A stretch of DNA of 64,000 nucleotides from a virus, in the IMG/VR virus record IMGVR_UViG_3300043774_000178, positions 50,091 to 114,090 of that record; one strand, 5' to 3'. Below the pieces are notes generated by a model that searched no databases, had not been told where the DNA came from, and saw only the letters and a list, made by a program, of their open reading frames with translations. The first letter of the stretch is position 1; the number at the start of each line of letters is the position of its first letter. Positions 56,557 through 64,000 of the stretch are shown piece by piece. Both the position numbers and the translations under genes were made by a program.

Positions 56557-58760
56557 TGGAATTCTGGAATAACATACCTACTTGGGATAATGGTACATGG
56601 ACTACTACAGACTTTGCTAGTAGACAAGACTTTACTACATATCTACTTACAATATTTAAAGAACCTGGACAGTATAACTTTAATCAGGTAAGTGCAGATG
56701 TCTTTAATGAGCAGTCAAGACTCTTTAGACAAAACAAAGTATACTGTACTGCACCATTTAAGTCTAAAGACTTTATAGCTTACTGGGATGATCAAAAATC
56801 TAAATGCAGACAAGGTATAATAGTTAAGGACAAACGTAATGAGTGGTATGTAACTAGAGACTACTATATGTGGTTAAACTTCTTACCAATCTTTGATAAA
56901 GAGCAACAGAAGTTTGACTTTGCTAAAATTAGAGATGCGCAGTATCATATGGCTCTATATGAGCTACTAGCAGAGATGCATTATAAGCACTCAGCTATTC
57001 TTAAGAAACGTCAGATAGCATCATCATACTTTCATGCTGCTAAGTTTATAAACCAGTTATGGTTTGAGGCTGGGGTTACACTTAAGATGGGGGCTTCTCT
57101 TAAAGACTATATCAATGAGAAAGGTACATGGAAGTTCCTAGATGAGTATGCAGCATTCTTAAATGAACATACTGCTTGGTATAGACCAATGACTCCACAC
57201 AAGGTAATGATGTGGCAGCAAAAGATTGAAGTTAGAAAAGGAGATAGAAAAGCTGAGGTAGGTCTCAAAGGTACAATACAAGGTATGTCATTTGAGAAAG
57301 ATCCAACTAATGGTGTTGGTGGACCGGTAAAGTTCTTCTTTCATGAAGAAGCGGGTATTGCACCCAAGATGGATCAAACATATGAGTACATCAGACCAGC
57401 AATGAGATCTGGTATGATTACTACAGGTATGTTTATAGCTGCAGGATCTGTTGGTGATTTAGATCAATGTGAGCCATTGAAAGAAATGGTACTTAATCCA
57501 GAAGCTAATGATATCTATGCAGTAGATACAAATCTTATTGATAAGAATCATACAATAGGAAGATCAGGACTATTTATACCTGAACAGTGGTCAATGCCAC
57601 CACATATAGATGAGTATGGTAACTCACTTGTAAAAGAAGCATTAGAAGCACTGGATGAGCAGTTTATAACTTGGAAGAAAGAACTCTCACCAGAGCAATA
57701 TCAGCTAAGGATATCACAGCACCCTAGAAATATAGAAGAAGCATTTGCTTATAGAAAAGCATCTGTATTCCCACAGAATCTAGTAGCTGCACAATTAAGA
57801 AGAGTAGAAGAGAAAGAATACTCCTATGAGTTCTTAGATATATACAGAGATGAGAATGGATTACCTAAAGTAAAAGAAACTAGTAAACTTCCTATACTTG
57901 ATTTTCCTGTATCTAAAAAGACTGAAGATAAAACAGGTACACTTGTAGTATGGGAAAGACCTATCAAAGATCCGGTGTTTAACAAACACTACTATGCATC
58001 TATTGACCCTGTATCAGAAGGAAAGACAACTACCTCAGAATCATTATGTTCCATATATGTAATGAAAGCAGCGGTTGAAGTACAGAAGCATTCTGCAGGT
58101 GAAGTACAGAACTACATAGAACAAGATAAAATAGTAGCAGCTTGGTGTGGTAGATTTGATGATATCAAGAAGACACATGAGAGACTAGAGCTAATAATAG
58201 AATGGTATAATGCATGGACAGTAATAGAGAATAACATATCTCTATTTATACAGTACATGATATCTAGAAAGAAACAGAAGTATCTTGTACCAAGAACTCA
58301 GATTCTATTCTTAAAAGATCTAGGAGCAAATGCTAACGTATTTCAGGAGTATGGATGGAGAAACACAGGTAATCTATTTAAGTCACATCTAATATCTTAT
58401 GCTATTGAATACATAAGAGAAGAGTTAGATACTATAACAAAAGATGATGGTACTGTAGTAAAGACTCACTATGGTATTGAGAGAATACCTGATCAAATGT
58501 TACTTAAAGAAATGCAAGCATATCAGGAAGGACTTAATGTTGACCGTTTAGTATCCTTTGCTGCACTAGTATCATTTATGAAAATACAGCAATCTAATAG
58601 AGGTTTTGCTAAAGATATAATAATGGATGATGCCTCTAAAAACTTGCAAAAGTCAGAAAATTTGTATAAATTATCTCATAACCCTTTTCGGCATATGGGA
58701 AAGGGTAGAAATGTAATGGGGCAAAGTTTTAAAAGATCCGCATTCAAAAACTTTAAATAG
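56556..58760 (+). CDS. terL: Terminase large subunit
   Basis: LKKRQIASSY Walker A variant, FFHEEAG Walker B, nuclease SIDPV, IENN, NVDRL. Confidence 0.9.
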   Translation: MEFWNNIPTWDNGTWTTTDFASRQDFTTYLLTIFKEPGQYNFNQVSADVFNEQSRLFRQNKVYCTAPFKSKDFIAYWDDQKSKCRQGIIVKDKRNEWYVTRDYYMWLNFLPIFDKEQQKFDFAKIRDAQYHMALYELLAEMHYKHSAILKKRQIASSYFHAAKFINQLWFEAGVTLKMGASLKDYINEKGTWKFLDEYAAFLNEHTAWYRPMTPHKVMMWQQKIEVRKGDRKAEVGLKGTIQGMSFEKDPTNGVGGPVKFFFHEEAGIAPKMDQTYEYIRPAMRSGMITTGMFIAAGSVGDLDQCEPLKEMVLNPEANDIYAVDTNLIDKNHTIGRSGLFIPEQWSMPPHIDEYGNSLVKEALEALDEQFITWKKELSPEQYQLRISQHPRNIEEAFAYRKASVFPQNLVAAQLRRVEEKEYSYEFLDIYRDENGLPKVKETSKLPILDFPVSKKTEDKTGTLVVWERPIKDPVFNKHYYASIDPVSEGKTTTSESLCSIYVMKAAVEVQKHSAGEVQNYIEQDKIVAAWCGRFDDIKKTHERLELIIEWYNAWTVIENNISLFIQYMISRKKQKYLVPRTQILFLKDLGANANVFQEYGWRNTGNLFKSHLISYAIEYIREELDTITKDDGTVVKTHYGIERIPDQMLLKEMQAYQEGLNVDRLVSFAALVSFMKIQQSNRGFAKDIIMDDASKNLQKSENLYKLSHNPFRHMGKGRNVMGQSFKRSAFKNFK

Positions 58761-58765
58761 AAAGC

Positions 58766-61513
58766 ATGCAAGTATATAACGCATTACAATTAAAGAAGGG
58801 AGCAAAAGTTCAGCATAATAGAATGGGTAGTATTACCCAACCTCTTCAGTTTTTACCAAAAGACCAGAAGGATCAAGAGTGGGCTGCTTGGAACCTAGAC
58901 TGGTTGGAATGGAATGGATTGAAACAAATCCGTATGAATGCTAGAAGATTAATGAAGAATTATAAACTAGCAAAAGGTGTAATAGATAAGTCAGATTATA
59001 TTATTGAGGAGGACAATGAGTATAGAGACATTGTAGAGACTTTAACAAAAGAAGATAACTCTGCACTTGAGCTTAAGTTCTATCCCATCATACCTAATGT
59101 TATTAATGTTCTAGTAGCTGAGTTTGCTAAAAGATCAACTAAGCTTACATACCGTGCAGTAGATGAGTTCTCCTATAATGAAATGATGGAGCAAAAAAGA
59201 GCTGCTGTAGAAGAAGTACTCTTGTCTGATGCTAAGGTAAAAATAATGTCAGCTTTGATGGCTCAAGGATTAGAACCTCAAAGTGAAGAAGCTCAGCAAC
59301 AAATGTCTGATGATGCATTAAAAAGATTACCAGAAATAGAAATGTTCTTCAAGAAAGATTACAGATCTTTAGTAGAACAGTGGGCATCACATCAACATAA
59401 AGTAGATGTTGAGAGATTTAAAATGGATGAGCTTGAGGAAAGAGGATTCAGAGATATGCTCATTACAGATAGAGAATTCTGGCACTTCCGTATGATGGAA
59501 GATGATTATGAAGTAGAGCTTTGGAATCCGGTATTATCTTTCTACCATAAGTCTCCAGATGCTAGATATATATCACAAGCAAACTGGGTAGGAAAAACTG
59601 ACATGTTTACTGTAGCTGATGTTATAGATAGATATGGATATCTAATGACAGAAGAACAACTTGAGGCATTAGAAGCTATCTATCCTATTAGATCTGCAGG
59701 ATATAATATTGGTGGTATGCAGAATGATGGTTCATACTATGATGCTACTAAGACTCATGAGTGGAATACAAACTTACCATCTTTAGCATATAGACAATAT
59801 ACCTCTATGGTATCAGGTTCTATACTTGAAGGAGGAGATGTTATATCACAGATACTTGCAGAAGGAGAAGATTATAATGTTGCAGGTACAGCATACTTAC
59901 TCAGAGTATCTACATGTTACTGGAAATCACAGAGAAAAGTAGGACATCTTACAAAAGTATCTGAGTCAGGTGAAGTATCTACTGAGATTATAACAGAAGA
60001 CTATAAAGTAATTGATAAACCTATCTATGACACCAGACTCTTCCAAAATAAGACAAAGGATAATGTAATATTTGGAGAGCACATAGATTGGATTTGGATT
60101 AATGAAGTATGGGGAGGAGTTAAGATTGGTCCTAATATTCCATCATTCTGGGGTATGAATAACCCTGGTGGATTTACACCTATCTACATAGGAGTAGATA
60201 AGAATAAAATAGGTCCACTTAAGTTTCAGTTTAAAGGTGACAGTAGTTTGTATGGATGTAAACTACCAGTAGAAGGATCTATCTTCTCTGATAGAAATAC
60301 TAAGTCTACTGCACTACTTGACTTAATGAAGCCATACCAGATTGCATACAACATAGTAAACAATCAGATTGCTGATATACTAGTAGATGAACTAGGTACT
60401 ATCATCATGCTTGACCAGAATACGTTACCTAGACACTCATTAGGAGAAGATTGGGGTAAAGGTAATCTTGCTAAAGCATATGTGGCAATGAAGAATTTCC
60501 AGATGTTACCACTGGATACTTCTATTACAAATACAGAGAATGCATTAAACTTCCAGCATTTCCAAAAGCTTGATCTATCACAGACAGAAAGACTTATGTC
60601 TAGGATCAATCTTGCTAACTACTTTAAGCAGCAAGCATATGAAGTTATAGGTGTTAACCCACAACGTATGGGTCAACAGTTATCACAACAAACTGCTACT
60701 GGTGTAGAACAAGCTGTGTCAGCATCATATGCACAAACAGAGATGTTCTTTATTCAGCACTGTGATTACTTGATGCCTAGAGTACATCAGATGAGAACTG
60801 ACTTAGCACAGTACTATCATTCTACTAAACCATCTGCAAGACTTACATATACTACAACAGCAGATGAAAAAGTAAACTTTGAGATTAATGGTACTGATTT
60901 ATTACTAAGAGACTTAAATATCTTCTGTACTACAACAGCTAATAACAGAGCAGTACTAGAGCAACTTAAGCAGATGGCAATGAGTAATAATACAATGGGT
61001 GCATCTATCTATGACTTAGGTAAAGTAATTCAGTCTGACTCACTCTCTGAACTTAATACTGCTCTTAAATCTTCTGAACAAAAACAACAGGAGATGAAAC
61101 AACAAGAAATGCAGAATCAACAGCAAATGCAACAACAGCAACAACAGTCTCAACAAGAACTTGAGAAGATGAAGATTGATGCAGTAGCTGCTGAGAAAGA
61201 GAAAGATAGACAAAGAGATATCTTGGTTGCAGAAATCAGAGCAGCTGGTTATGGATCAATGGTTGACGTAAATAAAAATGAGGAATCTGACTATGTAGAT
61301 GCCATGAAAGAAATACGTCAAACAGAACAGTATCAAGAACAGACTTCATTGGAAAGAATGAAAGAGTCTAATAGAACTATGCAGAACTCTGCAAAGAATG
61401 ATATTGAAAGAGAAAAGATCCAAGCTCAAAAAGATATAGCTGATAAACAGTTACAGATAGCTAGAGAAAATAAAAATAGATTTGATTCTGGTAAGGGAGA
61501 AAAATCCAAATAG
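58766..61513 (+). CDS. Portal protein (crAss-type)
   Basis: 915 aa following TerL; FYPIIPNVINVL, LMKPYQIAYN, GVNPQRMG; Q-rich coiled-coil C-terminus. Confidence 0.85.
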   Translation: MQVYNALQLKKGAKVQHNRMGSITQPLQFLPKDQKDQEWAAWNLDWLEWNGLKQIRMNARRLMKNYKLAKGVIDKSDYIIEEDNEYRDIVETLTKEDNSALELKFYPIIPNVINVLVAEFAKRSTKLTYRAVDEFSYNEMMEQKRAAVEEVLLSDAKVKIMSALMAQGLEPQSEEAQQQMSDDALKRLPEIEMFFKKDYRSLVEQWASHQHKVDVERFKMDELEERGFRDMLITDREFWHFRMMEDDYEVELWNPVLSFYHKSPDARYISQANWVGKTDMFTVADVIDRYGYLMTEEQLEALEAIYPIRSAGYNIGGMQNDGSYYDATKTHEWNTNLPSLAYRQYTSMVSGSILEGGDVISQILAEGEDYNVAGTAYLLRVSTCYWKSQRKVGHLTKVSESGEVSTEIITEDYKVIDKPIYDTRLFQNKTKDNVIFGEHIDWIWINEVWGGVKIGPNIPSFWGMNNPGGFTPIYIGVDKNKIGPLKFQFKGDSSLYGCKLPVEGSIFSDRNTKSTALLDLMKPYQIAYNIVNNQIADILVDELGTIIMLDQNTLPRHSLGEDWGKGNLAKAYVAMKNFQMLPLDTSITNTENALNFQHFQKLDLSQTERLMSRINLANYFKQQAYEVIGVNPQRMGQQLSQQTATGVEQAVSASYAQTEMFFIQHCDYLMPRVHQMRTDLAQYYHSTKPSARLTYTTTADEKVNFEINGTDLLLRDLNIFCTTTANNRAVLEQLKQMAMSNNTMGASIYDLGKVIQSDSLSELNTALKSSEQKQQEMKQQEMQNQQQMQQQQQQSQQELEKMKIDAVAAEKEKDRQRDILVAEIRAAGYGSMVDVNKNEESDYVDAMKEIRQTEQYQEQTSLERMKESNRTMQNSAKNDIEREKIQAQKDIADKQLQIARENKNRFDSGKGEKSK

Positions 61514-61612
61514 CTATATAATGCCAGAAAAGAATTCTAGTATGTAAATTTTACAAGTTTATCACAAAGAAAATTGTTATATTAAATTAAGTAGTAAACA
61601 AAACCAACAATT

Positions 61613-62857
61613 ATGGAAGACACTAATAAGAGTGCAGAGGTAGCTGACTCTACAACGGTAGAGCAGGTAGATGTAAATCTTGATGAGTTATTTGGTGCAC
61701 CCGGTGCAGAAAGCGTAATGCTACCAAGTGATGAAGAAGAAGAAAAAAAGAAAACAGTTTTTAGTTCAGAAGGAACTGTAGATGTATCGTTCATTGACAA
61801 GCCTGGAACACCTCAAGAAACAGTTGAGGAGAAGCAAGAAGTTCAAGAAGCAATAGCTGCACTTGATGATCTTATCTCACAAGAAGAAGAAGCTGGTAAC
61901 AAGGGAAGACCTAAAGTAGATAAATCAGGTCTTGCTGAATTAGCTTCAAAGATGATTGAGGAAGGAACTCTATTTCCTTTTGATGATGACAAAGCTTTAG
62001 AAGATTATACTACTAAAGATTTCCGTGAATTATTTGAAGCTAACTTTAAAGAAAGAGAAAACAGTATTAGAGAAAATACTCCAAAAGAATTCTTTAAAGC
62101 ATTACCTCAAGAACTTCAAGTAGCTGCTAAATATGTAGCAGATGGTGGACAAGATCTTAAAGGTTTATTCAGAACTCTTGCACATGTAGAAGAAATCAGA
62201 GATTTAGATCCTTCACATGAAAATGATCAAGAAGAAATTGTAAGACAGTATTTATATGCTACAGGATTTGCAGATGGTAATCCTGAAGAGATAGAAGCTG
62301 AGATACAAGATTGGACTGATATGGGTAAACTTGATCAGAAAGCTCAACAGTTTAAACCGAAGTTAGATAGAATGCAAGAAGAAATTGTTGCAAGACAGCT
62401 AGCTGAACAAGAAGCAAAAAAGGAACAGCAGGAAAGACAAGCTAAGCATTACATGGATAATGTTTATAACACACTTTCAGTAGGTGAATTAAACGGAGTT
62501 AAACTAGATAAGAAGACTCAAGGTTTACTTTACTCTGGTCTTGTTCAACCTAACTATCCTTCTATATCAGGAAGACCTACAAACTTACTTGGTCACTTAT
62601 TAGAGAAGTATCAGTTTGTAGAACCAAGACATGATCTTATTGCAGAAGCACTATGGTTACTTGCTGATCCAGATTCTTACAAAAACAGAATTAAAGAACA
62701 AGGAGGAAAACAAACTACAGAAAAAGTAGTAAGACAACTAAAGACTGAAGAGAGTAGAAAGTTGTCATCTTCTAGTGCACATGAGGAAGAGTTCACAAAA
62801 AGAAAACCAACAAGAACAGTATCCAGGCAACAGAATAATATTTTTAAACGCTTTTAA
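61613..62857 (+). CDS. Acidic scaffold-like protein between portal and MCP
   Basis: E/D-rich N-terminus; conserved crAss gene position. Confidence 0.65.
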   Translation: MEDTNKSAEVADSTTVEQVDVNLDELFGAPGAESVMLPSDEEEEKKKTVFSSEGTVDVSFIDKPGTPQETVEEKQEVQEAIAALDDLISQEEEAGNKGRPKVDKSGLAELASKMIEEGTLFPFDDDKALEDYTTKDFRELFEANFKERENSIRENTPKEFFKALPQELQVAAKYVADGGQDLKGLFRTLAHVEEIRDLDPSHENDQEEIVRQYLYATGFADGNPEEIEAEIQDWTDMGKLDQKAQQFKPKLDRMQEEIVARQLAEQEAKKEQQERQAKHYMDNVYNTLSVGELNGVKLDKKTQGLLYSGLVQPNYPSISGRPTNLLGHLLEKYQFVEPRHDLIAEALWLLADPDSYKNRIKEQGGKQTTEKVVRQLKTEESRKLSSSSAHEEEFTKRKPTRTVSRQQNNIFKRF

Positions 62858-62886
62858 CTAGTAACTAATAAATAAACAAATAAACA

Positions 62887-64000
62887 ATGGCAACTCCAGT
62901 TTTAAACAATGGTATATTCCTGCGTGATACTGCATACAATGCTACATCACACGTGGATTCTTACCACTTAACAAACATGTTGAAGGATGCAGAACCTATG
63001 GATCTTGGACCAGTAGACCTTTGGGCTATGGCACAGAAAGTAGAAATGCCCCTTTATCAGATGTCCTCATTTGGAGGAAAGAATGTAATCATGGTAGACA
63101 ATGCTCGTGGAGAGTATAAGTGGCAGACTCCTGTCTCTATTGATCTACCATATATCATTGAAGACATTGAGCCTCTTAATGAGTTCAAGGGTGTAGATGG
63201 TACTACTTTCAAAATCAAGATTAACAAACGTGAGTTTGGTCACGGAGATATCTTGACTTATGACAAGTACAATGGTGTAGAGATGTATGTTACCCAAGAA
63301 GACATTCTTCCTGTAGGTGATGGATTCATCTATACTGTTCAACTTGTTAACAATGACAACTACAAGTTCTTAGAGAACAGGTATCTTGCTAATGGTACTA
63401 AAGTATTCCGTAAAGGTTCTGCTAGAGGTGAATATGGTGAAAGATTTTCTGACATCATCACTAATGCAGGATTCCGTGAATTCTATAACTATGTAGGTGG
63501 TGCTGAAGCTCACGTTCACTATTCAATCTCTTCTCGTGCAGATTTGATGATTAAAGGTGGAATGAATGCAGATGGTACTGTACCTGTTACTGAAATCTGG
63601 AGAACATTTGACAAGGGTCTTGATCCATCAATTGCATCTCTTGAGGACATGGTAAAAGTTATGGGTAAAGATTCTGTAAAGAAAGCTTTTGATAACGGTA
63701 ACCTTTCACGTACATTCTTGACCAATATGGAAGCAGCTCACTTGAGCAAAATTGCTTCTGACATTGAGACTTACTTGATGTGGGGACAAGGAGGACGAGT
63801 TAAGCAAGATGGTCCAGATGATATCAGATTGTCAGTGGGTCTTTGGAAGCAGTTGGATAACTCATTCAAAAGAGTATACAACAAGAATAACTTTACACTT
63901 GATTTATTCCGTGGAGAAATCTACAACTTCTTCAATGGTAAGGTTGAGTTCCAAGGTCCAGATCCAAAAAGATCTCTAGTAGTTCAAACTGGTATGGGTG
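62887..64000 (+). CDS. Major capsid protein (truncated by window end)
   Basis: Open frame MATPVLNNGIFLRDT...HVDSYHL...YLMWGQGG...GLWKQL to the end; TerL-portal-scaffold-MCP synteny. Confidence 0.85.
   Translation, partial: MATPVLNNGIFLRDTAYNATSHVDSYHLTNMLKDAEPMDLGPVDLWAMAQKVEMPLYQMSSFGGKNVIMVDNARGEYKWQTPVSIDLPYIIEDIEPLNEFKGVDGTTFKIKINKREFGHGDILTYDKYNGVEMYVTQEDILPVGDGFIYTVQLVNNDNYKFLENRYLANGTKVFRKGSARGEYGERFSDIITNAGFREFYNYVGGAEAHVHYSISSRADLMIKGGMNADGTVPVTEIWRTFDKGLDPSIASLEDMVKVMGKDSVKKAFDNGNLSRTFLTNMEAAHLSKIASDIETYLMWGQGGRVKQDGPDDIRLSVGLWKQLDNSFKRVYNKNNFTLDLFRGEIYNFFNGKVEFQGPDPKRSLVVQTGMG

Noticed and set aside
56556-58760. Introns or inteins in TerL, PolB or MCP
   Set aside because: Continuous ORFs of ordinary length; no intein or homing-endonuclease motifs noticed

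Overview
This window is about 64 kb of an AT-rich crAss-like (Crassvirales-type) phage genome, probably infecting Bacteroidota (Flavobacteria-like host inferred from TAnnTTTG promoters and A-rich, SD-less starts). It reads in the standard code, with TAG used as a real stop. There are three blocks. (1) 1-6474 (+): the end of the giant virion/cargo protein genes. (2) 6539-40466 (-): replication, nucleotide metabolism and early genes, including PolB, primase, DnaB-like and SF2 helicases, Sak4-like ATPase, UDG, ThyX, MazG-like protein, a MoxR-AAA/vWA-peptidase cluster, ClpS, tRNA-Arg(UCU) and many small ORFs. (3) 40839-64000 (+): metallophosphoesterase, Acb2/Tad1-like protein, GroES, tail-fibre-like genes, lysis cassette, IHF-like protein, nuclease, TerL, portal, scaffold-like protein and the 5' part of the major capsid gene. 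The most unusual part is 36.8-40.8 kb. It holds an array of single-gene cassettes, each headed by AAACAGCTCA and most closed by a terminator. Two of the motifs are paired with covarying C-GNA-G template-strand hairpins that resemble N4 virion-RNAP promoters. The region also has a 12-bp repeat at exact 43-bp period and a ~730-nt densely structured non-coding stretch. Other notable observations are a C-terminal QLSLF beta-clamp motif on PolB and an unnamed motif shared by three proteins linked to the AAA/vWA cluster. All functional calls come from motif recognition by eye; no searches were run.
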